Shown here piece by piece: positions 9,606 through 18,954 of a stretch of DNA of 57,912 bases (its first letter is position 1; each line of letters opens with the position of its first letter). Position numbers and translations under genes: made by a program. The stretch is from assembly GCA_004292865.1 (NCBI GenBank), contig RDXP01000116.1, positions 1 through 57,912 on the forward strand, written 5' to 3'. The notes beneath the pieces are model-generated. The model saw nothing but the letters and a program-made list of their open reading frames with translations, ran no database searches and had not been told where the DNA came from. The DNA comes from Sphingobacteriales bacterium. GTDB taxonomy: Bacteria; Bacteroidota; Bacteroidia; Sphingobacteriales; Sphingobacteriaceae.

Positions 9606-9898
9606 GTTGTTATTTTATTTAAAAACCTATGCCAAGTTTATTTTAAAATATACTTATTTACCAGCGCTATTTTTGAATTATTTTTTACAAGCATAAGCAT
9701 ATTTTTTTATAATATTCTACTAAACCTATAGAGTTTATATAAATTTTTATCTGCATTGAATGTTTCTAAAAAAACACCACAAATGTCCATTACGGCGTTT
9801 TATATTGGTTATCCCGATGTTTTATTTTGTTTTATTCAAAATGATTCTATAATAATAAAAAAAGTGGATAATGGTGAGGTTAAATTATGTTAAAGCCC

Positions 9899-9934
9899 AA
9901 AAAAAGCCTTACCTGTTTAACGGTAAGGCTTTTT
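9899..9934 (-). terminator. Intrinsic terminator downstream of the NifU-type gene
   Basis: AAAAAGCCTTACC, 8-nt loop, GGTAAGGCTTTTT. Confidence 0.8.
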
Positions 9935-9962
9935 AAAAAATGATGCGCTATTTATTTAAAAC

Positions 9963-10259
9963 TTATCTTAAATTTTCGGGCAATACGGCGTTAGGGTCGT
10001 CAATATCGGTTAGGTTTAGGGCTTCAACCCTTGTAATTTCGGGTACGGCTTTCATAATCGCCTGCTCTATTCCCGCTTTTAATGTCATAATACTCATTGG
10101 GCATGATTCGCATGAGCCTAATAGGCGTAAAATAACCACATTATCGTCTGTAATTTCTTCTATTGATACATTGCCGCCATCGGTTTCCAAATACGGCCTA
10201 ATGGTATCCAACGCTTCTTCTACTTGCGTTCTCAAAACTTCCCCTACATTCATATTCAT
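9963..10259 (-). CDS. NifU/NfuA C-terminal domain Fe-S scaffold protein
   Basis: IRPYLETDGGNV and LGSCESCPMS (CxxC). The start was placed at an ATG; it is uncertain. Confidence 0.88.
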   Translation of the reverse strand: MNMNVGEVLRTQVEEALDTIRPYLETDGGNVSIEEITDDNVVILRLLGSCESCPMSIMTLKAGIEQAIMKAVPEITRVEALNLTDIDDPNAVLPENLR

Positions 10260-10406
10260 TATTTTAAAAATCAAAAGTAGCGTTTATTTTATTTAAAATG
10301 TTGAAGCTATGCTTAAATTGGGTTTTTATGACAAAACAGATAAACAATATCCAAATTCACGTTTTTAGATTTAGCAAACCCAATGCCCATTGCCCGAAGC
10401 AAAAAA

Positions 10407-12083
10407 CTACTTCCCAGCTATTGCCCTCAACGCTTCTTTAATTTTAGAATCCGTAGGACTTAAAACCAATGCTTTTTCAAAATATTCCTTTGCTTTTGCT
10501 TTATCGGTTTTAATATATGCAGCACCGTTGTACAAGTAGGCTTCTATTAAATTCTTTTTATCCTTATCGGCAACTGCGCCTTTTAGCAAAGTGTATTCAA
10601 TGTATTTATCGTAGGCATTTGCCGCTTTTTTTAGCCCATCGGCAGGGTCTAAATAATATTCTACACGGGCTAAGTACAAATACGCATCGCCGTTTTTAGC
10701 TTTTTCGCCCACAAAGGTAAACAGGCTATCGGCCTCTAATAGTGTTTTTGTTATTAAGGCTTGGTCTTTTGGGGTTTTATTGGCTAGTTCGGTTGCGTAG
10801 TAAAAATAATCGGCATAGCCTAAGTAAAATTTATCGGCGTAGCCCGATTTGGGTAACGAAACTAATTTTCGGTAATAATCAGCCGCTTTACCATATTTTT
10901 TGCTCGAAAAATATGATTTTGCAATACTGGTTAATACCTGCGTATTGGTGGTATCTAAATCGTAGCCTTTTACAAAGTTAATAATGGCTAACGAATCTTG
11001 CTTTTGTGTTTGGTAGGCTTTGCCTAAATATAAGTAATCGTCGGCAATTACACGCTTGCCATCTACCCCAGTAATAAACGAATTTAAGTACTTGGCGCCT
11101 TCTGGTGCTTTGCCATTTTCGATATAGGCATAACCCAAAAAGCGTTGAGCTAAGGCATATTCGGGTTTTGTAGTGCCGTACTGTTGTGTAAAAGCAAGGG
11201 CTTCTTTTTCTAAGGTTGTATAATCACCAGCGTTTAGCAAAAATATTAAATAACGGTACCTCGATTCGGCCGATCTATCCGTTAAATCTAAATATTTAGA
11301 ATAGGTAGCCTGCGCTTTGGGCAATAATTCGGCTCTTTTATTCGGAAACTGCGAACCCCAGCGGTAATAGTTTTCGGCCAGTGCCCTATAAGCTGGGCCA
11401 AAATTGGGGTCTTTTGCAATAACGCCTTTTAAAGTAGTTTCGGCTAAGTCAAAATTATAGGCTTGTGTCCAAATTTCACCAATATTAACCTCAACACGGG
11501 GTAAATTGCTTTGAATATTCATTGCCCTTTGGTATGCCCCCACAGCCTCGCTGTTTTTTTTATCGGCTTTGTAAGCATTACCTAATGCAATGTGTAGCTC
11601 TATCTCTTTATCGCCCATTTCTTTGGCTTTATCAAACCATAACAATGCTTTTGGCAAATCGCGGGAGGGCTCGTAGGTATAGGCTTTACCCACGTATATG
11701 TATTCTTTAAACTCTTTTTTACGCATCGCCGCAGTGGCCTGTGCAAAATTTGCTTGTGCGGCAGTGGCATTTTTTTCGAACAGATTAACCGCACCCAATC
11801 CCACATAATTTAAAGTAAATTTGGGGTCAATAGCTATTCCTTTTTGAAAAGCAATTTTTGCCGAATCGGGTTTTTTAATAGTAAGATATAAATCGCCGTA
11901 GTAAAAATAGTTTTCGGCATTGGTAGGTTGTGTTTCGGTAAGATTTTTAAACATCACCTTTGCTTTTACGTATTGCTCGGCATAAACGGCTTTTTTGGCA
12001 TCGTCTAAACTTTGTGCTGTAACGGTTACGTTTATCATGGCCAATCCTAAGGCCGCTAGGGTTATATTATTGCTAATTTTCAT
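10407..12083 (-). CDS. Secreted TPR-repeat protein of the TonB operon
   Basis: Signal peptide and repeated TPR-like helices (YFYYGDLY, ALGNAY, YLYLGKAY). Confidence 0.85.
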   Translation of the reverse strand: MKISNNITLAALGLAMINVTVTAQSLDDAKKAVYAEQYVKAKVMFKNLTETQPTNAENYFYYGDLYLTIKKPDSAKIAFQKGIAIDPKFTLNYVGLGAVNLFEKNATAAQANFAQATAAMRKKEFKEYIYVGKAYTYEPSRDLPKALLWFDKAKEMGDKEIELHIALGNAYKADKKNSEAVGAYQRAMNIQSNLPRVEVNIGEIWTQAYNFDLAETTLKGVIAKDPNFGPAYRALAENYYRWGSQFPNKRAELLPKAQATYSKYLDLTDRSAESRYRYLIFLLNAGDYTTLEKEALAFTQQYGTTKPEYALAQRFLGYAYIENGKAPEGAKYLNSFITGVDGKRVIADDYLYLGKAYQTQKQDSLAIINFVKGYDLDTTNTQVLTSIAKSYFSSKKYGKAADYYRKLVSLPKSGYADKFYLGYADYFYYATELANKTPKDQALITKTLLEADSLFTFVGEKAKNGDAYLYLARVEYYLDPADGLKKAANAYDKYIEYTLLKGAVADKDKKNLIEAYLYNGAAYIKTDKAKAKEYFEKALVLSPTDSKIKEALRAIAGK

Positions 12084-12104
12084 ATTTGCTAATTTATAAA
12101 ATAA

Positions 12105-13133
12105 TTATTTAAAATTTAATTGTCGTGATGGTAAACTATCGGGGGCTAAGCCTGCTTTTAATACAATGCGTTGCCCCAGTTCACCCGCCAAAAACGATGC
12201 AAAACCAGTACCTAAACCCGCACTGCCTTGGCAATTATGTATAAACAGGTTACGGGTAAGCGGGTATTTTCCTGTTTTTAAAGTGCTTTGTGTAGGTTTA
12301 TGGTATTTTTTATTATCCCCGCCAAGGGCTAAAAGTTTTATATTTTTTAGTTCAGTTTCGATATCGGGCGTAGGCCTTACCAGCCAACTTAAACTTACCA
12401 CACCTACCGCCTGCGGGTGTGTACTTACATATTTTATTACTTCTTTATTTGATTTTAATGCATAAACGTTGCCAGCAAAGGTTTTAACGCTTGCAAATTG
12501 CATTAAGTATGCCAAAGTGCTAGATTGTGCATTATCAAAAACCCAATCTTTATCGTTTTTATAACTGCCTAAAAGCGCATTTTTTAATTGTTGTATGGTT
12601 ATTACACTATCGGTGGATGCTTTATTTACGATTAAAGCAATGCCATCAATAGCGAAACGGTTGGTACGAATTACAATTTTTTGGTCTAAAAAATGTTGTT
12701 TTTCTTGTGATGTTAAATCTCGAGCCATTATAGCTGTTTTGATGCTATCGGATAAAAAAAGTTTAACCAGCTTTTGCTCGGGCTGATAATTAAATTTTAT
12801 TTGGGCTTGCTTATAGTTTAAAGCAAATATTTCGGCTTCATCATCCACAATGGTAAATATAGATTCATCGGCAACAATAGTGGTACTGCCCGATATAATG
12901 CCTTCGGTATCGGGTTTTTGGGTATGATTGCAAGCGAATAAACCTAATAAAAGTAGAAAAAAAATCCCCTTCCCCCTAGCCCCCGAAGGGGGGATGGCCG
13001 CACAGTCTGAATGAATGTGTCTTAAAGTTTCGAGTTTATTTTTACTTGACACAAAAGAAAATAGACCTGCCACTTGGCAGATAACGCCATACATCCCCCC
13101 TTTGGGGGTTAGAGGGATTTTACTCTTCGCCAT
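12105..13133 (-). CDS. PstS-like substrate-binding lipoprotein with an N-terminal repeat-derived insertion
   Basis: IVADES, FAIDGIALIVN, YPLTRNL and GFASFLAG motifs; lipobox LFA-C at about residue 68. Confidence 0.8.
   Translation of the reverse strand: MAKSKIPLTPKGGMYGVICQVAGLFSFVSSKNKLETLRHIHSDCAAIPPSGARGKGIFFLLLLGLFACNHTQKPDTEGIISGSTTIVADESIFTIVDDEAEIFALNYKQAQIKFNYQPEQKLVKLFLSDSIKTAIMARDLTSQEKQHFLDQKIVIRTNRFAIDGIALIVNKASTDSVITIQQLKNALLGSYKNDKDWVFDNAQSSTLAYLMQFASVKTFAGNVYALKSNKEVIKYVSTHPQAVGVVSLSWLVRPTPDIETELKNIKLLALGGDNKKYHKPTQSTLKTGKYPLTRNLFIHNCQGSAGLGTGFASFLAGELGQRIVLKAGLAPDSLPSRQLNFK
12972..13116. mobile_element. MITE/REPIN-like element with 25-bp terminal inverted repeats
   Basis: CCCCCTAGCCCCCGAAGGGGGGATG (12972-12996) and CATCCCCCCTTTGGGGGTTAGAGGG (13092-13116) are 22/25 complementary, and each arm is itself a hairpin. 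Confidence 0.7.
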
Positions 13134-13359
13134 ATTGAGGTTGCTTTATTAAGCGGATAAATCTAAAAAACGAATACACAATTAACAATGCCCCAAAAGC
13201 AATTTTCCATTTCATATCTACGCCTTGCATCAATGGAAAGCTGGGCCAAAAAACAATCATTACACCCATAACAAAATATAGGGTAAACATCACAATGCCT
13301 ATAATGAGCAAAAATCGCCTTGCGGGCGATTTTTGTCTATCTTCAAATTTTTGATACAT
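13120..13359 (-). CDS. Small two-TM membrane protein in the TonB operon
   Basis: Two hydrophobic helices; lies between tonB and the PstS-like gene. Confidence 0.75.
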   Translation of the reverse strand: MYQKFEDRQKSPARRFLLIIGIVMFTLYFVMGVMIVFWPSFPLMQGVDMKWKIAFGALLIVYSFFRFIRLIKQPQYGEE

Positions 13360-13365
13360 TAAAGT

Positions 13366-14175
13366 TTAATCTGTTGTTAACTTAAAGGATATGGGTATGG
13401 TATAATTTACCCTTACGCTTCTTCCGTTTTGAATACCAGGAGACCATTTAGGCGATTTCTTTAATACCCTTATCGCTTCCTCATCACATCCTCCACCAAT
13501 TCCTCTTACTATTTTTATATCGGTTAATGAACCGTCTTTTTCGACAATAAAATTAACAATTACCTTGCCTTGTATTCCGTTTTCGCTGGCAATAGGAGGG
13601 TATCGCAAATTTTTGCCTAGGTACTGTCCAAAATCGCCATCAAAAACAGGGTAGGTTTCAACACTGGTATAAACCTCGTTGCTGTCTTCGGTTTTATCCT
13701 GATTTACAGGGCCATCGCCTACAGGTTCGTTAATAACTACTTCGGCATTGGCATCACCTTTAACTGTTTTTTCTCCTGGGTCGGCTTTTTTAATGTCCTC
13801 TACTGTTGGCGGATCTTCGTCAACCACTTCATTATCTGGTTTTACTACTGGCGGCGGAAACTTAATTTGATCTACCTTTGGTGGTGGTGGCGCTACTGGT
13901 GGTGGTGGCGGTGGGGCTTTATCTAAAGATGGTGGCGGGGTTAAAACCACCTCGGTTTCCTTAAATTTATCTCTGCTATCGTCTAAACTGCCTTTAATTA
14001 AGCTAATAATTAAGGGGCTACCTATGGCAAACGAAAACAATAAAACCCCAGCAATTATTGCTTTATTGGTGTTTTTGTTATTGTCTTGACGTAATTGGTA
14101 AGCACCGTATTCTTTATTGCGGCCATTAAAAACTATGTCTATCCAGTTTTGGTTTAATATATCCAATTTTGACAT
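13366..14175 (-). CDS. tonB: Energy transducer TonB
   Basis: RNKEYGAYQLR, a TM helix, a poly-Pro linker and the C-terminal domain YPPIASENGIQGKV...W.PG.QNG. Confidence 0.93.
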   Translation of the reverse strand: MSKLDILNQNWIDIVFNGRNKEYGAYQLRQDNNKNTNKAIIAGVLLFSFAIGSPLIISLIKGSLDDSRDKFKETEVVLTPPPSLDKAPPPPPPVAPPPPKVDQIKFPPPVVKPDNEVVDEDPPTVEDIKKADPGEKTVKGDANAEVVINEPVGDGPVNQDKTEDSNEVYTSVETYPVFDGDFGQYLGKNLRYPPIASENGIQGKVIVNFIVEKDGSLTDIKIVRGIGGGCDEEAIRVLKKSPKWSPGIQNGRSVRVNYTIPISFKLTTD

Positions 14176-14221
14176 AATGCTTTTATTTTATTAATTGTAA
14201 AACGAAAAATTTTCGCTCTTG

Positions 14222-14764
14222 TTACTTATATACTCCTTGGTCTTTCAACAAATTAATTTCGGCTGGTAAAACATCATTTACAATACCGTACGATGGTACA
14301 CCCGCAATTTTAACTTCGTCTAATATATCCACAAAGTTTTTATAGTTTGATTTATCGGTAGGTTTAATAATTACCATTAAGCCTTTTTTAGGATTGCCAG
14401 TAAAGGCAATTGCTTTTTTGTTGTTTTCTAAAAAAGAAGCCCTAATGCCACTTTTACCATAATTATCTACGGTTGGTGGTGTTGAGCCTGCAATTCCCAT
14501 ATACCAAACAATTTTATTGTCGGATGCTAATAAAACCGTCATTGTTCTTGATGCAGCTACTGTTAATTCTGCTTCTGGTTCTGATTTATCAGGCATAAAC
14601 ATATCCATTGCCTGAGGTTTGGAAAGCGTGGTAGTTAACATAAAAAAAGTAATCAAAAGGAAAGCTAAATCAACCATAGCGGTTAAATCAACTTTGGTCG
14701 ACATTTTTTTACTTCTGGTTTTTTTGCCTTTACCACCCCCGCCGGAGGTATCTAATTCTGCCAT
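14222..14764 (-). CDS. exbD: Biopolymer transport protein ExbD
   Basis: DLTAMVDLAFLLITFFM motif. Confidence 0.92.
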   Translation of the reverse strand: MAELDTSGGGGKGKKTRSKKMSTKVDLTAMVDLAFLLITFFMLTTTLSKPQAMDMFMPDKSEPEAELTVAASRTMTVLLASDNKIVWYMGIAGSTPPTVDNYGKSGIRASFLENNKKAIAFTGNPKKGLMVIIKPTDKSNYKNFVDILDEVKIAGVPSYGIVNDVLPAEINLLKDQGVYK

Positions 14765-14776
14765 TTTTTTATATTT

Positions 14777-15385
14777 TTAATTATCGCCTTCAAGCGAAGT
14801 AATTAGACTAAATTTATTGATTTTTTGCTCTTGCAAAACAGCAATTATTTTTTTTATGGTTGGGTATTCTTCTTTAGAATCGCCTTTTAGGGTAAACCTT
14901 AACTCGTTGCCGTGTAGTTCTTTAGTAGCGTATCGGGCTTGTAAAATCCAAGCGTTAAGCTGGTTATCTATACTATCGGTAGGTATGCCTGGTTGTACAA
15001 GTTTCATCCTATCGGCATTGTCTAAGGCTATGTATTGCTTTAAATTGGCAATAGGTACTCCGAAAGATTCTATCAAAGCAAACCTTTTGGTTTCTTCGGG
15101 GGTAAACGAAATTTTATATTGTTCGCCCATTTTTTGTAAGGTTTTAGCCCTTACATCTTGGCCAACTACCCCAAAAAACACCTTTCCTTGGCCAATGGTT
15201 AACATAGATATGTCGGCATCGGGCACCTTAGTTTTTACGGTTGATGATGGTGTATCAACGGCTAAGGCTTCGGGTTGGCGGGCAGTTGCCGTTAATATAA
15301 AGAAAGTAAGCAACAAGAAAGCTACGTCGCACATGGCGGTCATATCTGTCGAGGTACTTTTTCTTTTAATTTTTACTTTTGGCAT
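14777..15385 (-). CDS. exbD: Biopolymer transport protein ExbD
   Basis: DMTAMCDVAFLLLTFFI motif. Confidence 0.92.
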   Translation of the reverse strand: MPKVKIKRKSTSTDMTAMCDVAFLLLTFFILTATARQPEALAVDTPSSTVKTKVPDADISMLTIGQGKVFFGVVGQDVRAKTLQKMGEQYKISFTPEETKRFALIESFGVPIANLKQYIALDNADRMKLVQPGIPTDSIDNQLNAWILQARYATKELHGNELRFTLKGDSKEEYPTIKKIIAVLQEQKINKFSLITSLEGDN

Positions 15386-15465
15386 CGCTTATAAATTTAA
15401 TGAGTGATTTAATTGTGTTAATAACATCTTACCCTAAAAATTAAGGTTTGATTAAAAATCACTTA

Positions 15466-16293
15466 TTACTTGCTATGCGTTGCAGCGTAAGTTTGTACAA
15501 TTGAAAAACCAGCTTCATCGATAGAATAAGTTAAGCTATCAATTTTTGAGGTAAAAAAGTTATAAGCAATAACCGCTACCAAAGAGGTAGATATACCTGT
15601 TGCTGTGTTAATTAAGGCCTCAGAAATACCGTTGGCTAATTGTGCTTGGTCTGGTGCGCCAGATGTAGCTAAACCACCAAATGCTTTAATCATACCTGTT
15701 ACAGTACCTAATAAACCACCTAATGTACCTACCGATACTAGGGTAGCAATAATGGTTAAGTTTTGCTCTAACATTGGCATTTCTAAAGATGTAGCTTCTT
15801 CAATATCTTTTTGAATGGCTAAGCATTTTTGCTCGGTATCCATACTGCTATCGGTTTCTACTGCTTTGTATTTTTGTAAACCCGATTTTATAACCGCAGC
15901 TACCGAACCTTTTTGTTTATCGCACTCGTTAATTGCAGCATCAACATTACCGCTTGATAATAGTGATTGTACTTTTTTAACAAACGCATCAACATTTGCT
16001 GTACCAGCGGCTTTGCTTATTACTAAAAAACGTTCTATCGAGAAAACAATTACCATTAATAACATACCCATAAGCATAGGTACAATTACACCGCCTTTGT
16101 AAACCATACCAAAATAGTTGCCCGGTAGTGGGTGGTTTAGGTTAGAGCCTCCTTCAAAGTTAGAACCGTTACCCATTACAAAAAGATAAAGTATCCATCC
16201 TACTGCAATACATACTACTATTGCCAGTCCGGCAAATATTCCTGAACCTTTCGATCCTTCATTGTTAGCTGTTGGTTTTGTTGCGTTTGCCAT
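15466..16293 (-). CDS. exbB: MotA/TolQ/ExbB proton channel
   Basis: GLLGTVTGMIKAF and GISEALINTATG motifs. Confidence 0.93.
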   Translation of the reverse strand: MANATKPTANNEGSKGSGIFAGLAIVVCIAVGWILYLFVMGNGSNFEGGSNLNHPLPGNYFGMVYKGGVIVPMLMGMLLMVIVFSIERFLVISKAAGTANVDAFVKKVQSLLSSGNVDAAINECDKQKGSVAAVIKSGLQKYKAVETDSSMDTEQKCLAIQKDIEEATSLEMPMLEQNLTIIATLVSVGTLGGLLGTVTGMIKAFGGLATSGAPDQAQLANGISEALINTATGISTSLVAVIAYNFFTSKIDSLTYSIDEAGFSIVQTYAATHSK

Positions 16294-16589
16294 TGTTTTT
16301 TTTGTTTTTTAAATGATTAGTTATATTAGATTGTGTGTTTTATTGTGTAATTTATTAAATATTGTTTTATGCAAGTATTATTTTAAATGAATAAACAGAA
16401 AAAAATTGTTTACCCCAAACTTTTTACAATGAAAATCAATTTTAAATCAAAAAGCAAATATCCACCCTGATTTTTAGGTTAAAAAATTGTTAAATAAAAA
16501 ATATTGGCTTATTAGTGGTTAAAGTTATGTGTTGGTGCTTGCGTTTTTTTGTTTTTGCCGCAATGGCATAAGGGTAAAAAAGGGGGCTT

Positions 16590-17978
16590 TTATTTTTGAT
16601 TGGTATAAAACACTTTTAGTTTCATTTTATAATTTCCCGATCCGCCGCCTACAATGGCTCTTTTTAGGGTCGAGGCATTGCTACGCTGGTTATTTGCATA
16701 ATTAATAGCGGTAATGTAGGTGCCATAATCGGTTTTGTTTTTTAGCAAATCTTGTATATAGCCTGTAATGTTAAATACGTATTCGTTATTGTTTTTATTA
16801 AATAAGCCACCTATATAGCCAGGGCCTAGGTTACGTGGGTCGTTGGGGTTTTCATCGGGCAATAGTTGTGGCCTATTTGCAATATCTAGTTTATACGCTT
16901 TTAATAAGGGCAAGGGTGTGTAAGGCGTTTGTGTGCCTTCTATTACTTTTATAATTAACTGGGCTCGGTTTACCAATACTTGTGTGCCTAACAATTTAAG
17001 GTTTTTGATATTAGGGAACGTTATTTTTACTTTTGTACCCGAAAATCCTTTAATATATAATTGCTCATATTGCTCGGTAATGGGTTTGCCTATTTGGCTG
17101 GCTACGGCTGTACCTGTATAATCCCACTTAATTTCGGATGCTACTAAGCCTTGATTGCCAGCCAAGGGAAATGATTTTTGTAGCGTATCTATTTTTGTGT
17201 TTTTGGTTTCTTTATAAAAAAAATCAACGGTGGCGGCATTTGTTGTTGTATTAAATAAAAACAAGCCACCATTATTGCTGGTTGCGGCTTTATCTATAGT
17301 TAGATATAAGCCTTTAAAGTAATCATTGAAGCGGTTATTGGTGGATAGCGTTGCGGAATCGGCTTTTAAAAACAAATTACTCATGGTGGCTACATTTAGT
17401 TTGATGCGTAACTGTGCGGGCACACGCTTTAGGGTATCGGGTTTACCTACACGTATGTTTTGTATGGTAATGCTGCTATCTTTAATATTGGCTTTAAAGC
17501 TGGCCGAGCCAATAATGTTACTGTTATGGCTCCATTTTTTTGTATTATAGTATAGCGGAACATTGCCGTCTTCGTATAGGTTTTCGCTAAGTTGCTGTAC
17601 CTGTACTTTATAGGTAGTATTTAAGCTATCGCCATAAAATCCCGCAAAGGGTAATACCAGTATGGCCGAATCTAAAACTGCCGATTTATCAAATGTTAAA
17701 CCAGTATTGCCTGGTAGTGTTAAGGCGGCGGCAATATTGGCTTCGGTTTTACCAAACACAGGGTCGGTAAAAAAGCCTAATGGGTTTAGGTTTTGATAAT
17801 TGGTTGATATGCTGTCTTCTTTTACCAACTGTGTAAACAATGTGCTATCATACGCTACAAGAGAGTTTAATGCCGCGTCGGCATCTAAATCTAAGCCAAT
17901 GGTGGTGGCTTTTTTACAGCTATAAAAAATAAAAGAGCTTATCAACAACGTTAATAAGCTCGCTTTTTTAATTGTCAT
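16590..17978 (-). CDS. DUF4270-family lipoprotein
   Basis: Lipobox FYS-C, DPVFGKTEA and LDSAILVL; conserved position next to the GT5 gene and panC. Confidence 0.75.
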   Translation of the reverse strand: MTIKKASLLTLLISSFIFYSCKKATTIGLDLDADAALNSLVAYDSTLFTQLVKEDSISTNYQNLNPLGFFTDPVFGKTEANIAAALTLPGNTGLTFDKSAVLDSAILVLPFAGFYGDSLNTTYKVQVQQLSENLYEDGNVPLYYNTKKWSHNSNIIGSASFKANIKDSSITIQNIRVGKPDTLKRVPAQLRIKLNVATMSNLFLKADSATLSTNNRFNDYFKGLYLTIDKAATSNNGGLFLFNTTTNAATVDFFYKETKNTKIDTLQKSFPLAGNQGLVASEIKWDYTGTAVASQIGKPITEQYEQLYIKGFSGTKVKITFPNIKNLKLLGTQVLVNRAQLIIKVIEGTQTPYTPLPLLKAYKLDIANRPQLLPDENPNDPRNLGPGYIGGLFNKNNNEYVFNITGYIQDLLKNKTDYGTYITAINYANNQRSNASTLKRAIVGGGSGNYKMKLKVFYTNQK

Positions 17979-17987
17979 ATTTTAATA

Positions 17988-18812
17988 TTAAGCTAATGAT
18001 ACCAATTCGTCGGATGTGATTTCTTGGTAAAAATTATTATAGTTTTCCAAATCTAAGCTACAATCAAAGGTTAAGGTTGGTTTTTCTTGATTTTTAACAA
18101 AGTTTAACACGCTATCGCTTACGTTTTCGTCGCCTATAACGATTGCGTCCGAATAAGTAATCGCAGCTATGTCTAAGGCTAAATTTGTAGCTTCGGTATA
18201 TAATTGCGTATCGGTAGGGTTCATCCCTTTCATGGTGGCTTTTGTAGCAAAATCTGCCCCTAGGGTTTCGCTAAACGAATGTTCGTAAACCGAATAAACT
18301 ATTTTGGCCTCTTTAAAGGTGGGGTCGTCTTTGTAGTTGGTTTTTAAATACGCAGGTATTAATGCGCTCATCCAGCCATGGCAATGCACTACATCGGGTG
18401 CCCAGCCCAGTTTTTTTACGGTTTCTAATGCGCCTTTGCAAAAAAAGATTGCTCGCTCATCGTTATCGCTATAAAACTTGTTTTTAATATCATTGAAAAC
18501 GTATTTCCGATGAAAATAATCTTCGTTATCTAAAAAGTAAACCTGCATACGGGCGGCCGGTATCGAAGCTACTTTAATAATCAAGGGGTTATCGTCTTCG
18601 TTAATGATGATATTCATTCCCGATAAGCGGATAACTTCGTGAAGCCTATTGCGGCGTTCGTTAATGCTACCAAACCGAGGCATTAAAATACGAATTTCGT
18701 ATCCTTTTTCTTGCATCGCTTGCGGTAATTTTCGTGTGATTTCCGAAATTTTTGTCAGCTCTAAAAACGGCGACATTTCATGTGTGATAAACAAAAGCTT
18801 GGTTTTTCCCAT
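17988..18812 (-). CDS. Glycogen/starch synthase-like protein (GT5 N-terminal domain only)
   Basis: EIRILMPRFG, YFLDNEDYF and PDVVHCHGWM; 274 aa. Confidence 0.85.
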   Translation of the reverse strand: MGKTKLLFITHEMSPFLELTKISEITRKLPQAMQEKGYEIRILMPRFGSINERRNRLHEVIRLSGMNIIINEDDNPLIIKVASIPAARMQVYFLDNEDYFHRKYVFNDIKNKFYSDNDERAIFFCKGALETVKKLGWAPDVVHCHGWMSALIPAYLKTNYKDDPTFKEAKIVYSVYEHSFSETLGADFATKATMKGMNPTDTQLYTEATNLALDIAAITYSDAIVIGDENVSDSVLNFVKNQEKPTLTFDCSLDLENYNNFYQEITSDELVSLA

Positions 18813-18858
18813 CTCCTACTCGTAGTTAAGTTTTTGTTAAGAAGTATTTTATAGGGTG

Positions 18859-18866
18859 CAAATGTA
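18859..18866 (-). promoter_or_regulatory. Bacteroidota -7 promoter box for the GT5-DUF4270 genes
   Basis: TACATTTG on the minus strand matches TAnnTTTG. Confidence 0.6.
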
Positions 18867-18954
18867 GTAAAAATCTATTGTTAAACCAATTAAATAAAAT
18901 AAATGGTTTTGTTATTAAAAAATTTATACACTTTTGCCTAATAAAAATTCGCTA

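Noticed and set aside
9866-9895. TTATGTTAAA XerD-like half sites (also near 48043)
   Set aside because: There is no XerC arm at 6-bp spacing, so these are not dif sites.
14817-15407. Long antisense ORFs over exbD, and likewise over pyk (43245-43817), ricT, lipA and the terminal gene (56277-56660, 57357-57827)
   Set aside because: They are shadow frames of well-supported genes on the opposite strand.
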